Source of the DNA: a virus
Taxonomy: Duplodnaviria > Caudoviricetes
Virus record (IMG/VR): IMGVR_UViG_3300036832_001188
Span: 1 to 50,100 of that record
Length of the DNA: 50,100 nucleotides
Direction: 5' to 3' (one strand)
The notes under the pieces are model-generated. The model saw only the letters and a list, made by a program, of their open reading frames with translations. It did not search any database and had not been told where the DNA came from. Positions 16,789 through 27,002 of this stretch are shown one piece after another. The number at the start of each line of letters is the position of its first letter. The first letter of the stretch is position 1. The position numbers were made by a program, and so were the translations under genes.

Positions 16789-18920
16789 TAGTGTTAGAAC
16801 TCGAGAAAAATATAAAGTTTGACCGAGAGGTTATCTTTGAGCCGAACCTGTGCGATCGGTTCAGCGAGAGGGATCGCGGAGCGATAGCTAACGCGGTGTG
16901 GATGGGCTATGCCCGCGACAAAGCGTCGCGCAAACAGTGGGAGGATCGAAATGATGCGGCGATGAACCTCGCGATGCAGGTCTCCGAGCCCAAGAATTTC
17001 CCATGGCCCGGGTGCTCGAACGTGGTCTTTCCCCTTGTGACCATTGCTGCCCTACAGTTCAGCGCCCGGGCCTACGCCAACATGATCCAGGGCACCCAAG
17101 TGGTTAGGTACCGGGTGATTGGGAAAGAGAGCCCGGTGGTGCGCGAGCGAGCCATGCGGATCGGCAAACATATGAGCTGGCAGCTCCTCGAAGAGGATGA
17201 GTCCTGGGAAGAACAACATGATCGGCTACTGATTAACCTTTCCATCGTTGGTACCAACTTCGTCAAGTCATACTATAGCCCCTCGAAAGGCTATCCGATT
17301 AGCGAACTCGTGTTGGCGAAGGATTTGGTGATTCACTACTATGCGAAGTCGGTGGAGACCGCACAGCGCAAGACGCATCGGATTCCACTCGATCGGAATG
17401 AGATCTATGAGAGGGCGGCGAGCGGCGTCTTTTGCGATGTGCGGAAGGAAGAGTGGTTCGATCAGGCCCCTTCATCCCGCCCTGATCTGAACGACATCCG
17501 CACCGATAAGCGACTGGGAATGACGCCGCCGCCGCCCGACGACTACACGCCGCATTATTTCCTCGAACAGCACACGCTGTTGGATCTTGATGGCGACGGC
17601 TATGCCGAGCCCTACATTGCTACGATCGAGGAACAGAGTCATAAGTTGTGCCGGTTGGTGGCGCGCGTGGGTGATGAGAGCGCCGTCGAGCGGCGCGACA
17701 ACAAGATCCTGCGGATCAAACCCACGGAGTACTTCACCAAGTATTCGTTCATTCCCTCGCCGGACGGCGGCATCTACGACTTGGGGTTCGGTGTGTTCCT
17801 CGGTCCAATCAATGCTGCGGTCGACGCTGGCATTAACCAGCTGATCGACTTTGGGACGATGCAGAACAGCAACGGCGGATTCCTCGGTCGAGGAGCGAAG
17901 ATTCGCGGCGGCGTCTACACCTTTAAGCCGAATGAGTGGAAGCGTGTTGATTCGACCGGCGATGATCTCCGCAAGAACATCGTGCCCTACCCCGAGCGGC
18001 AATCGAACGACGTGATGTTCAAGCTGTTGGGGCTTTTAATTGAGTATTCGAATCGGATAGCGGGCACCGTGGATGCCACGGTGGGCGAGAACCCCGGCCA
18101 AAACACTCCCGCTTCCACGTATCAGGGAATGACCGAACAGGGCATGCAGATCTTCTCGATGACCTTCAAGCGGTTCTGGCGCTCTATGAAGGAAGAGCTT
18201 AAGCGCCGCTATGACCTCAATCGGGAGTATATGCCGGTCGGGCAGAAGAACTTCGGCCCGGGCGATGACTTTATTAGACGCGAGGACTACACGGGGAACC
18301 CGGACCAGATAGCGCCCGTGGCCAACCCCCGTATCACCTCGACGGTGATGCGGGTCAATCAGGCGATCATCGTTAAACAGGCGTCGGCGGCGACACCCGG
18401 CTACGATATCGCTGAGGTGGAGAAATCGTTCCTCGAGAGTATCGAGATCGAGGGCATTGAGAGGGTATATCCGGGACCGGGGAAAGTCCCCCCAGAGCAC
18501 ACCATGCCCAACCCCAAAGCTATGGTCGAGCAGATGAAGCTCCAAGCCAAACAGCTCGACATTAGATCCAAGCAGCTCGAGTGGGCTAATCGGCTAATGG
18601 AAGAGAGGAGAGTCAATGATGCGAAAATCCGCCTTATGGAAGCCCAGGCTCTCAAAGCAGCGAGTGAAGCGAATGCGGCCGATGCGGCCCAAAAAATTGA
18701 AGCCTTCAATCAGCTAATCGAGATGCACAAATCATACGGCGAACAGATGCAGGCAAACATCAAGGCACTGTTGGGAGGGGGAAGTGGAGAGGATTCTAAC
18801 GGAGGAGGAGTTCGCGACATGGAGGACTCATCCTCACAACGAGATGATTCGTCGGTATCTCTCAAAGTACCGGGCGGCTCAAATGTCAGCGTGGGCAACG
18901 GGAGCGTTCCAAAGCAATGA
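16785..18920 (+). CDS. portal protein
   Basis: 711 aa directly after TerL; FPWPGCSNVVFP and GFGVFLGPINAAVDAGINQLIDFGT motifs; C-terminal coiled coil as in P22-like portals. Confidence 0.9.
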   Translation: MIVLELEKNIKFDREVIFEPNLCDRFSERDRGAIANAVWMGYARDKASRKQWEDRNDAAMNLAMQVSEPKNFPWPGCSNVVFPLVTIAALQFSARAYANMIQGTQVVRYRVIGKESPVVRERAMRIGKHMSWQLLEEDESWEEQHDRLLINLSIVGTNFVKSYYSPSKGYPISELVLAKDLVIHYYAKSVETAQRKTHRIPLDRNEIYERAASGVFCDVRKEEWFDQAPSSRPDLNDIRTDKRLGMTPPPPDDYTPHYFLEQHTLLDLDGDGYAEPYIATIEEQSHKLCRLVARVGDESAVERRDNKILRIKPTEYFTKYSFIPSPDGGIYDLGFGVFLGPINAAVDAGINQLIDFGTMQNSNGGFLGRGAKIRGGVYTFKPNEWKRVDSTGDDLRKNIVPYPERQSNDVMFKLLGLLIEYSNRIAGTVDATVGENPGQNTPASTYQGMTEQGMQIFSMTFKRFWRSMKEELKRRYDLNREYMPVGQKNFGPGDDFIRREDYTGNPDQIAPVANPRITSTVMRVNQAIIVKQASAATPGYDIAEVEKSFLESIEIEGIERVYPGPGKVPPEHTMPNPKAMVEQMKLQAKQLDIRSKQLEWANRLMEERRVNDAKIRLMEAQALKAASEANAADAAQKIEAFNQLIEMHKSYGEQMQANIKALLGGGSGEDSNGGGVRDMEDSSSQRDDSSVSLKVPGGSNVSVGNGSVPKQ

Positions 18921-19038
18921 GCCGATTGAAACGCATTCCGCCAATTTACAAGCGCTGGGACAAATGAAGTTCATTAACGATTTCTTAGAACTAACCTACG
19001 AGGAATATGCAGAGGCGATGCAAGATGCCGACGGGTAA
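18784..19038 (+). CDS. hypothetical protein (84 aa)
   Basis: GTG start with GGAGG SD; overlaps the portal 3' end. Confidence 0.6.
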   Translation: MERILTEEEFATWRTHPHNEMIRRYLSKYRAAQMSAWATGAFQSNEPIETHSANLQALGQMKFINDFLELTYEEYAEAMQDADG

Positions 19039-19381
19039 AGATACGTCTAGGTTGGTAGCTGAAGAAGTTTTGGGCAAGCCGTTGCCCTTGGGTGCTGTAG
19101 TGCATCATGTAGACGGTAATCCGCGCAATAACGACGCAGACAATTTGGTTATTTGCCCGAGTCAAGAATACCATTTGCTACTTCATCTCCGTGAAAGAGC
19201 TTTAGGTGCTTGCGGTAACGTTAGTTACAGATTTTGTCGTTACTGCAAGAAGTGGGATGACACAATTAACATGGTGGTGTATTACCAAAGGACAAGTAAG
19301 ACTGGAAGGCACCACCATAGAGAATGCTTTAATGAGTATCAGCGAAGGAAATATCGTGATGGAAAACAAGAGTGGACTTAA
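19025..19381 (+). CDS. HNH endonuclease (free-standing)
   Basis: VVHHVDGNPRNNDADNL...H motif plus CRYC...HREC; visibly lower GC than its flanks. Confidence 0.85.
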   Translation: MPTGKDTSRLVAEEVLGKPLPLGAVVHHVDGNPRNNDADNLVICPSQEYHLLLHLRERALGACGNVSYRFCRYCKKWDDTINMVVYYQRTSKTGRHHHRECFNEYQRRKYRDGKQEWT

Positions 19382-19739
19382 AGCTGTTGGTCGAGCAGTG
19401 CTATGCAAGCCGTACAGCCCTGAGATTGATAAGTCGCCGATTGCTGTGCCCGATGCTGTGAAGGCCCGTGAGTTCATGGCGGAGATGAGAGCAGTGGTCG
19501 TACAAGTAGGTCAATTTTGCTGGCCCGATGAGCCCGCGCGGGCGAAGCCCGGGGATAAGGTGCTGATCAGTAAGTTCTGCGGTGCGATCGTCAAAGGCAC
19601 CGCGGACGGTGAACTCTACCGGCTGTGTAACGATAACGATATCTTTTGCCAGATCGAGACGGGTGAGATGGATGATGTGCTGGTGAAGGATCCGCTGGTA
19701 GCGCAGAAACAGGCGTCCAAGGTAACGATAGCGAGGTAA
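19359..19739 (+). CDS. groES: GroES-like co-chaperonin
   Basis: LKAVGRAVL...IAVP...AVVVQVG...KPGDKVLISKFCG...YRLCNDNDIF matches the cpn10 pattern. Confidence 0.8.
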   Translation: MENKSGLKAVGRAVLCKPYSPEIDKSPIAVPDAVKAREFMAEMRAVVVQVGQFCWPDEPARAKPGDKVLISKFCGAIVKGTADGELYRLCNDNDIFCQIETGEMDDVLVKDPLVAQKQASKVTIAR

Positions 19740-19744
19740 CGAAT

Positions 19745-20671
19745 ATGGCTGATGAGGAACAAGTTGAGGCACCGGCGGAGCCGGTGAATGAGTTTGAGGA
19801 GCGGGCCCGCAAGACGGGATGGTCGCCGCTCGAGGACTTTCCGGGAAAGCCCGAGAAGTGGATGGATGCGAAAACGTGGGTCGAGCGAGGGGAGACGTTT
19901 ATTCCGTTTCTGCGGCAGTCGAACCAGACCCTGAAAGGGGAGGTGGCGACGCTGCAGCAACAGTTAATGGAGGAGCGGCGGCTGAACCAGATGCGCGATA
20001 AGGCGCTAGCGGAGCTTCAGGAGAACGCCGCCGAGCAGCGGGTGCAGGACACCACTGAGGCGCGAGAGGGGCTTGTGGAGCAGATCGTAGCGGCTCACGA
20101 GGCTAATGACCTGCGCCTCGAGTTGAAGCTACGGGACGACCTAGCTGAGTTGAACGAGCGGTTGCGCGAGGCGAAGCGGAAGCCAGCTGTACAGCCGACC
20201 CCCTCGGGGTCGGAGGCGCAGCTCCCGCCAGCGATCCAGACCGCCATGGAGAAGTTCACCGCCGATAACCCATGGTTTAAGGACGACCAGATGATGGCCG
20301 CCGCCGCCGTTGCGGCGATGGATGTGCTGAACAAATCGGGTAAGGCCGCAGCGATGACCCCCGAACAGAAATTCGACTACGTGGCTACCGAAGTGCGGAA
20401 GAGGTTTGGAATGAACGATAACCCCCGACGGAATGCTGCCCCGCGCGTTGAGGGTAGCCGGATGGATGGCAGCGGCGCTGGTAGCAATGGTCGAGCATTC
20501 GAGGATCTGCCGGCCGAGGCGAAGCGGCAGTGCGACCAACTCGCCAAGCGCTTCGTGGGCAAGACCGATGCCGGCGGCGCAGTCAAATACAAGACCATCG
20601 CCGATTATCGTGCCCGCTACGCCTCTGACTATTTCGATGAGTCGTGGGGCAAAAAGGTTCTAACACAGTAG
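19745..20671 (+). CDS. capsid scaffolding protein (putative)
   Basis: Charged coiled coil with an NPWF motif, located between portal and capsid. Confidence 0.75.
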   Translation: MADEEQVEAPAEPVNEFEERARKTGWSPLEDFPGKPEKWMDAKTWVERGETFIPFLRQSNQTLKGEVATLQQQLMEERRLNQMRDKALAELQENAAEQRVQDTTEAREGLVEQIVAAHEANDLRLELKLRDDLAELNERLREAKRKPAVQPTPSGSEAQLPPAIQTAMEKFTADNPWFKDDQMMAAAAVAAMDVLNKSGKAAAMTPEQKFDYVATEVRKRFGMNDNPRRNAAPRVEGSRMDGSGAGSNGRAFEDLPAEAKRQCDQLAKRFVGKTDAGGAVKYKTIADYRARYASDYFDESWGKKVLTQ

Positions 20672-20680
20672 GAAACAGTC

Positions 20681-21247
20681 ATGGCCGAAGCAAAATTGGA
20701 TGTTGGGAAGGGGGCGGTCCCTGCGATGGTGAGTAATCCTGCCCAGGATCAGAGCGCGTCGCAGACGCGCCGCCCACCTCGTGTACCCATGAGCGAGATC
20801 CGCCAGCGCCTACAGGTGCCCGAGATCCCCGGCTGGCGTCTCTACTGGTTCAAAGATGAGAACATTCCCGCGGCTGTGGACGCCTACTATGAACCCGTCA
20901 AACGCAACGAAATATCTACTAATCCTATCGGTATTGGCCAGAGCGCTTGCGATAGCGGCAACACTGATCTTGGGACTAATGTTAGCATTATCGCTGGACA
21001 AAACGCCGCTGGCCAGCCTGTTAGATTAAACTTGATGAAGCTGAAGATGGAGTACTTCCAAGAGGACCAGAAGGCGCTCGAGCGGCGCAATTCGATGATC
21101 CTCGAAGCCATCTTCGGTGAAGAGGCAAAGATGTTCGATAAGGAAGGGAACTTGCGCGATAAAGACAACTTGGCTTATCGCAAAACGGCCCTGTTCAACC
21201 GCCCGGTGCGGAAAGTAAAGCGACTAACCAGGAAAATCGGGGAATGA
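20681..21247 (+). CDS. conserved head-module hypothetical protein
   Basis: LQVPEIPGWRLYW motif; lies between scaffold and capsid genes. Confidence 0.65.
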   Translation: MAEAKLDVGKGAVPAMVSNPAQDQSASQTRRPPRVPMSEIRQRLQVPEIPGWRLYWFKDENIPAAVDAYYEPVKRNEISTNPIGIGQSACDSGNTDLGTNVSIIAGQNAAGQPVRLNLMKLKMEYFQEDQKALERRNSMILEAIFGEEAKMFDKEGNLRDKDNLAYRKTALFNRPVRKVKRLTRKIGE

Positions 21248-21272
21248 TCCTTTTTTATTCTAGGAGATCTAA

Positions 21273-21947
21273 ATGGCTAATGTGAGCAAAATCGCTGGCC
21301 TATCTCCGGTCGGATACCTCGGCGGTGCAAAGTACGACGGGAAGGGCCGGATTTATGCTATTCCCTCAACAGATAGCACTAACAACTATTTTGTTGGGGA
21401 TTTGGTTTCGTTGGTGGGTGGTGGCTCGGCGGGTGGCTCGACGGTAACGGGTATTCCGTACGTGTCGCTGACCGCGGCGGGAGCCGCAGCTGTTGGGGTG
21501 ATTATGGCAGTGGGCACAAAACCCGGAGTGGTTGCTGTTGCCGGCGGCCCGTACATCAACCCGCAGGATCTATCGAAGGTGTACGCGCCGATCACCAAAG
21601 CGCAGGACTACTATTGTCTGGTTGCGGATGATCCGAACGTTATCTTCGAGATTCAGGAGGGCGGTGCGGGGACGAACCTGACTGCCAGTACAGCGTTGGG
21701 GCGGAATGCCAACATCCTGTTGGGGGCGTCTGCGACCGCGTCGACGGTAACAACGTTCGTGTCAGGCACCACGCTGACGGACACGGCAGCGCCGACGACC
21801 ACCGCAACGCTGAACCTGAAAATCATTGCGTTCGCGCAGCGGCCGGACAATCTGTTCTACACCACCCCCTCGACGGGCGGCGCAGGCCAAAAGTGGTGGG
21901 TGCTGATCAACAACCACAACTATCGCGCTGGCATCGCAGCCCTCTGA
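21273..21947 (+). CDS. capsid decoration/minor head protein (putative)
   Basis: Ala/Gly/Thr-rich, FVGDLV and VADDPNVIFEIQ motifs, directly before the capsid gene; AGGAG SD. Confidence 0.7.
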   Translation: MANVSKIAGLSPVGYLGGAKYDGKGRIYAIPSTDSTNNYFVGDLVSLVGGGSAGGSTVTGIPYVSLTAAGAAAVGVIMAVGTKPGVVAVAGGPYINPQDLSKVYAPITKAQDYYCLVADDPNVIFEIQEGGAGTNLTASTALGRNANILLGASATASTVTTFVSGTTLTDTAAPTTTATLNLKIIAFAQRPDNLFYTTPSTGGAGQKWWVLINNHNYRAGIAAL

Positions 21948-21961
21948 TTAGGAGTACATAA

Positions 21962-22885
21962 ATGGCAATTGGCGGCACAATCACCACTGGTAGTCACCCG
22001 AAAGCACTATGGCCGGGTGTCCACGCATTTTGGGGGCAGGTATACGACGAGCATCCCATCGAATACACCGATCTCTACGAGGAGATGGATAGTGGGATGG
22101 CCTACGAGCAAGACGCCCAGGTTACTGGGTTCGGGCTAGCTAACATCAAACCCGAAGGTGGAGAGGTAACGTACGATAGTGAAATCCAGGGCTTCATCCA
22201 GACGTACACGCACATAGCCTATTCGCTGGGCTATATCGTTACGTTTGAGGAGCTGCGGGATAACCTCTATGAGAAGGTTGCGATGAATCGGGCCGAGGCG
22301 AATGCGTTCTCGATCACACAGACCCTCGAGAACCTCGCGGCCGCGGTCTATAACGATGCGTTCACTGGAAATGTGTTCCTGAACGCCAATGGGCAGTCGT
22401 TGTGCTCAACGGCGAACCCGAACGCTACCGGCGGCACCTACAGCAATGCGCTCTCGCCGGCGGCAGACCTGATGGAGGCTAGCCTCGAAGACATTTGTAT
22501 TCAGGCAATGGGCCTCCAGACCGACAGAGGGCTGTTTGTGTCGATCCTGCCGCAATCACTGCACATCGCTCGCCAGGAATGGTTCAACGCGAACCGCATC
22601 CTGAAGAGTGTGTTGCAGCCGGGGACGGCAATGAACGACATCAACGTTCTCAAGGCGACGAACGCTTTCCCGAAGGGCATCAAGTTAAATCACTATTTCA
22701 CGAATGCGCATGCGTGGTTCGTCCGAACCAATTGCAAGCATGGGATGCAGATGTTCTGGAGGGACCGGCCGATCTTCGACCAGGATAATGACTTCGGGAC
22801 GAAGAATGCGCTGGCTAGCACGTACTTCCGGGTATCGTTCGGCGATACGGATCCGCGTGGCATCTTGGGGTCGAATGGTCCGTAA
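21962..22885 (+). CDS. major capsid protein (HK97 fold, Mu gpT-like)
   Basis: 307 aa; KALWPG...GFG...KPEGG...YSLGYIVTFE...DNLY...DPRGILGS pattern; AGGAG SD. Confidence 0.9.
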   Translation: MAIGGTITTGSHPKALWPGVHAFWGQVYDEHPIEYTDLYEEMDSGMAYEQDAQVTGFGLANIKPEGGEVTYDSEIQGFIQTYTHIAYSLGYIVTFEELRDNLYEKVAMNRAEANAFSITQTLENLAAAVYNDAFTGNVFLNANGQSLCSTANPNATGGTYSNALSPAADLMEASLEDICIQAMGLQTDRGLFVSILPQSLHIARQEWFNANRILKSVLQPGTAMNDINVLKATNAFPKGIKLNHYFTNAHAWFVRTNCKHGMQMFWRDRPIFDQDNDFGTKNALASTYFRVSFGDTDPRGILGSNGP

Positions 22886-22915
22886 TGATTAGAGATCTCT
22901 ATCGCGCACGTTAGT

Positions 22916-22932
22916 GCGGCCCTTTGGGCCGC
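22916..22932 (+). promoter_or_regulatory. GC-rich hairpin after the capsid gene (mRNA stabiliser or attenuator)
   Basis: GCGGCCC-TTT-GGGCCGC; no U-tract; abuts the next SD. Confidence 0.45.
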
Positions 22933-22944
22933 GAGGAGATTTGA

Positions 22945-23751
22945 ATGGCAGCACCTTCACCGCGGCCGGTTCGGTTCACGTCCGGCGTATCGACGGATCC
23001 GGTTTTCGGGCCCTTGGCCTCGTATGGGCAACCGAATCCGTTCATGTACCACGCGGCCTTCGATGACTTTGATTGGACCCAGTCGGTCACGAGCAGATAC
23101 ACAGTAACAGCTAACACGAATGGCGCGGCGGCACTCGCCGCCGCGGATGGCGGAACGGTCGTTCTGACGACCAACTCGTCAACGCCGCTGACCACCGACA
23201 TTGTGTCGATGCAGATGCCCATTGCTTCCTTTACATTCACGGCAGGCAAGAAGTCATTCTTTTTGGTGAGGTTGAAGACTAGCTCAGCGGCGAACGCGGC
23301 GTTCATCGTTGGGTTGATCCAGACCACCACCACGCCCTTTACAGTTACAGACGGATTGTATTTCTCGAAAGCTACGGGTGGGACCGCCCTCACTATCAAG
23401 TTGGCGGCGAGCAGCACCATCACCACGTTCACGATCCCAACCTCCGCGTACACGCTGGCCGACAACACCTATATTGATATGGGGTTCGAGGTTAATAGGA
23501 ATCAGGATATCGTGGCGTTCGTGGGGTCGCAGCTGGTGGGATGGTTGCCGCAGAGTGGTAGCGGCTCGGTAGATCCGGTGTCGGGAGTTAGCTTGCTGCC
23601 GGCGCTCGGACCGTGTTTGATTAACTCGCAGGGCAGCAACGCCCTGACGTGGCCGTCGGCAACCCTCAACCCCACGATCGCTGTTCAATCAGGCACCGCC
23701 TCTAGTAAGACAATGACCGTCGATTTCGCGATGGCGGCAAAGGAACGGTAA
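22945..23751 (+). CDS. putative virion structural protein
   Basis: PVRFTSGVS...FDDFD...MTVDFAMAAKER, beta-rich. Confidence 0.7.
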   Translation: MAAPSPRPVRFTSGVSTDPVFGPLASYGQPNPFMYHAAFDDFDWTQSVTSRYTVTANTNGAAALAAADGGTVVLTTNSSTPLTTDIVSMQMPIASFTFTAGKKSFFLVRLKTSSAANAAFIVGLIQTTTTPFTVTDGLYFSKATGGTALTIKLAASSTITTFTIPTSAYTLADNTYIDMGFEVNRNQDIVAFVGSQLVGWLPQSGSGSVDPVSGVSLLPALGPCLINSQGSNALTWPSATLNPTIAVQSGTASSKTMTVDFAMAAKER

Positions 23752-24098
23752 TGACCCTGAAGGTATCCCGCGTCGCGGGGGGTATGCGGAACGTGACACT
23801 TCACTGTACTGGTTGCATTGAGCACGATTTACCGCTGACCCCCCTCGACACGGGTATCGTTGAGGGTATGAAACTCACATCCCTGATGTGGGTGATACAG
23901 GAAAAGATGGGGCTCTATTTGTGGTGGGACAAGGAGACATTGTTGATGCCGCTCGAGAGCCGCAACTCCGTGCGGTTCGACACGGGTATATCTGCGCCGT
24001 ACGGCTGGGACGGCAAGATGTATCTGTCTAGCTATCTGTGCAACACCCCACCCAGCCCGATGAAGGCATTCCTCCTGGTACTCGATTTTGACAGGTAG
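23751..24098 (+). CDS. hypothetical virion-module protein
   Basis: TAATG coupling to the upstream gene. Confidence 0.65.
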   Translation: MTLKVSRVAGGMRNVTLHCTGCIEHDLPLTPLDTGIVEGMKLTSLMWVIQEKMGLYLWWDKETLLMPLESRNSVRFDTGISAPYGWDGKMYLSSYLCNTPPSPMKAFLLVLDFDR

Positions 24099-24104
24099 GT
24101 ATTT

Positions 24105-24311
24105 ATGAAGACACGCGAAAAGATCGAAGAGTTGGAGCGGCGGATTCGCGAGTTGGAAGCGCGACCACTAGCTGTTCATCACCATCACTATCATTCGCAG
24201 CCGTACTATTACCCGCAGCCGATAGTTCAGCCTTATCCGTACTATCAAGCACCGCTTTGGTACACGACATCCACGCCCACCAGCACTGCGATGACTGTTA
24301 CCTCTAACTAG
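24105..24311 (+). CDS. small His/Tyr/Pro/Gln-rich protein (68 aa)
   Basis: Short coiled coil then HHHHYHSQPYYYPQP; fills the gap between flanking genes. Confidence 0.6.
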   Translation: MKTREKIEELERRIRELEARPLAVHHHHYHSQPYYYPQPIVQPYPYYQAPLWYTTSTPTSTAMTVTSN

Positions 24312-24320
24312 GGGACTAGG

Positions 24321-25070
24321 ATGGCCGTTGCGAGCGAGGTACCGGAGCCGCAAACCTGCTTGCAGATCATGCAGGATGCGTACTTTGATGCGGGGCTGAT
24401 CGGCGAGGGCGACTCGTTGAATAGTGAGCAGCAGGCGTCGGCGCGCCGGCGGCTCAACAAACTAGTCAACTATCTCCAGACCAAGGGGATGAAGCTGTTC
24501 GCGCAGACCGACTACGCCCTGTCCGCGCCTATTCTACAGGTGGGGGTCGGCGGACAGGGCAACCCATATACGTTCGGCCCCGGCGGCAAAATCAACATGG
24601 CAAAGCCCCGGCGGATCACTGAGGCTTACTATGTGGATGGTGTTAGTCAGACGCGCCGGCCGATCATCGAGATCTCGAGGAACGAGTGGAATTCGCTCTC
24701 TACGACCACCAATCAGGGGACGATCACTTCGTTCTATGTGGATAAGCAGCTGTTGACGCTCGATCTGTATCTGTGGTTGGTACCGGATGCACTCGCCGCG
24801 AGCGGCGTGTTACATGTGATTCTTGATCAGCAGATCGGCAACTTCGCCATGGTGACCGATACGATGGCGTTTCCGCCCGAGTGGTCATTGGCGCTCGAGT
24901 GGGGCTTAGCGAATCAGCTGGCAACGGGACAGCCGGACTCGGTTGTGCAGCGGTGCGCGGGGATGGCGGCGTTCTACCAATCGGAACTTGAGGATTGGGA
25001 TGTGGAGGATGCGGATACGTCGTTCCAGCCAGACCCGCTAGGGTTGTTTGCGGGGCGGAGGTTCTTGTAA
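24321..25070 (+). CDS. head-tail adaptor (P22 gp4-like)
   Basis: DAGLIGEG...RRLN...FPPEWSLALEWGLANQLA pattern; position before the nozzle gene. Confidence 0.75.
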   Translation: MAVASEVPEPQTCLQIMQDAYFDAGLIGEGDSLNSEQQASARRRLNKLVNYLQTKGMKLFAQTDYALSAPILQVGVGGQGNPYTFGPGGKINMAKPRRITEAYYVDGVSQTRRPIIEISRNEWNSLSTTTNQGTITSFYVDKQLLTLDLYLWLVPDALAASGVLHVILDQQIGNFAMVTDTMAFPPEWSLALEWGLANQLATGQPDSVVQRCAGMAAFYQSELEDWDVEDADTSFQPDPLGLFAGRRFL

Positions 25071-26579
25071 ATGGCCGAAGGCCAAGGCCAGCGACATGGT
25101 TGGACGCCGGCGCAGGATACGCCGCGGCGCTGGCCACTCATTGCGCCTCTCCAGGCCCGCAGTCCCAGCCTCCCGCTAACTAAAGATGCCCGGCTAATCA
25201 ACGCCTACGCCGAGTTTGATGCGACGGATGGCGAGTACTGGATCTACAAGCGCTTGGGCTTGGGGCCGTCGCCGATAGCGGGCGTTTCGCCGGCGGCTGG
25301 CCTCAACCTCTACACCGAGCCCGGCACGGGCGTGTTGTTCGCGATATTCGGCCCCGAGGCTTATTGCAATGCGGGTCCGGGGACGCCGCTGGGTACGCTC
25401 GGCCCTGTGGATGGGACCGCCCCCTATTTCTTCGAGACCATCAACCCCGATCCGCTGGGGCATCGGGCGGTCGTGATGGGAAACGGCAAAGCGGCCTATG
25501 TGCTCTCGTATACGAGCGGGCCGTTCGGCCGGCAGTCGTTCTTACAGATAACCGATCCCGACTTCCCAACCTCGTTCGTGCCCGGCTTCGTCTATCTGGA
25601 CGGCACTCTCTACGTGATGGACCAAGATGGCAACATTTTTGGGTCTGATATTAATCAGCCCGCCTCGTGGGATGGGCTCAATAAGATTGAAGCGGACTCG
25701 AATGCCGACTTGGGCGTGGCGCTGATCAAACAGCTCAACTATGTTATTGCACTGAAGCAGTACAGCACCCAGGTTTTCTATGATGCGGAACAGCCGGTTG
25801 GATCGCCGCTCGGTCCTGTACAGGATGCACAGATCCCTTTGGGATGCCTAGCCGCTAATTCGGTCCAGTCGATCGACAACACCGTGCTGTGGCTCACCTC
25901 CAACGAGACGGCTAGCCCGCAGATAGTACAGCTGGATAATCTGACGCCCGCGATCGTGTCGTCGCCGGCAGTTGAGCGGATCCTCGATGATATCTCTTGG
26001 ACCGATCCTCTCAATGAGGTCCGCTCATGGGTGCTGAAGCACGGCGGTCATCGTTTCTACGGCTTGAATCTCATCAGCAATAACATCACCCTCGTCTACG
26101 ATATCGATCAGCGCCTCTGGTACATCTGGTCGGATTATCAGGGGAACTTCTGGCCGATTGTTAGTTTGGCGTTCCAGCCGCCCTTCATGGGGAGTCCCGG
26201 GCTACATATCGCCCAGCACAGCAGCAATGGCGCTCTCTACCTGTTGGATGGGGACTACGAGTTCCCCAACGATGACGGGAAGCTGTTTCCCGTTGATATC
26301 TATACGCCTAACTTCGATGCGGGGGTTGACAGACGGAAATTGCTGAATCAGATGCGGTTTAATGCGGACCAGAAGGTTGGGAGTGTGCTGCAGGTTAGGT
26401 ATTCGGATGATGATTTCCAGTCGTGGTCGAACTTTCGGTCGCTCAGTCTGGGGGTGAAGAGGCCGATTCTCTCGAGCTGCGGGACGTTCTATCGGCGAGC
26501 CTACCACTTTAGGCATCAGTGTAATACGGCGTATCGGATCAAAACGGTGGATCTGCAGATGGCACTAGGCAGTCTTTAA
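25071..26579 (+). CDS. tail nozzle / packaged-DNA stabilisation protein (P22 gp10-like)
   Basis: 502 aa, beta-propeller-like; YLDGTLYV, GHRFY, TLVYD...W and RYSDD motifs. Confidence 0.8.
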   Translation: MAEGQGQRHGWTPAQDTPRRWPLIAPLQARSPSLPLTKDARLINAYAEFDATDGEYWIYKRLGLGPSPIAGVSPAAGLNLYTEPGTGVLFAIFGPEAYCNAGPGTPLGTLGPVDGTAPYFFETINPDPLGHRAVVMGNGKAAYVLSYTSGPFGRQSFLQITDPDFPTSFVPGFVYLDGTLYVMDQDGNIFGSDINQPASWDGLNKIEADSNADLGVALIKQLNYVIALKQYSTQVFYDAEQPVGSPLGPVQDAQIPLGCLAANSVQSIDNTVLWLTSNETASPQIVQLDNLTPAIVSSPAVERILDDISWTDPLNEVRSWVLKHGGHRFYGLNLISNNITLVYDIDQRLWYIWSDYQGNFWPIVSLAFQPPFMGSPGLHIAQHSSNGALYLLDGDYEFPNDDGKLFPVDIYTPNFDAGVDRRKLLNQMRFNADQKVGSVLQVRYSDDDFQSWSNFRSLSLGVKRPILSSCGTFYRRAYHFRHQCNTAYRIKTVDLQMALGSL

Positions 26580-27002
26580 ATGAGCACTATTAGCAAAGAT
26601 TTTATAGAGAGCAACAGTAAAAAGGTTGCTAACGGTTGTTGGCTTTGGCTAGGAACTTGCGATCCGTACGCTCGGTACGGTGGTAAACGGAATCGTCTCG
26701 CAATACATCGAGAGTCGTATATCTTGCACAAGGGTCCTGTACCTGAAGGGTCCTTTGTTTGTCACCATTGCGACACTCCGGCGTGTATCAACCCAGAGCA
26801 TCTATTTATTGGTACGAACTCCGATAACATACGAGACTGTGTTAGAAAAGGAAGACACAACACCACAAAACTTAATGCCAAGAAAGTGGAGGCGATCCGA
26901 AAATTGTTCGCGAAAGACTATTCTCGGGCTGCTATAGCTAGACTCTTTGATGTAACCCACCAGAATGTCTGTTCTATAGTCAACATGGAGACTTGGCTCT
27001 AG
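26580..27002 (+). CDS. HNH endonuclease with C-terminal HTH (free-standing)
   Basis: CWLWLG...VCHHCDTPACINPEHLFIGTNSDNIRD; lower GC than its flanks. Confidence 0.9.
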   Translation: MSTISKDFIESNSKKVANGCWLWLGTCDPYARYGGKRNRLAIHRESYILHKGPVPEGSFVCHHCDTPACINPEHLFIGTNSDNIRDCVRKGRHNTTKLNAKKVEAIRKLFAKDYSRAAIARLFDVTHQNVCSIVNMETWL

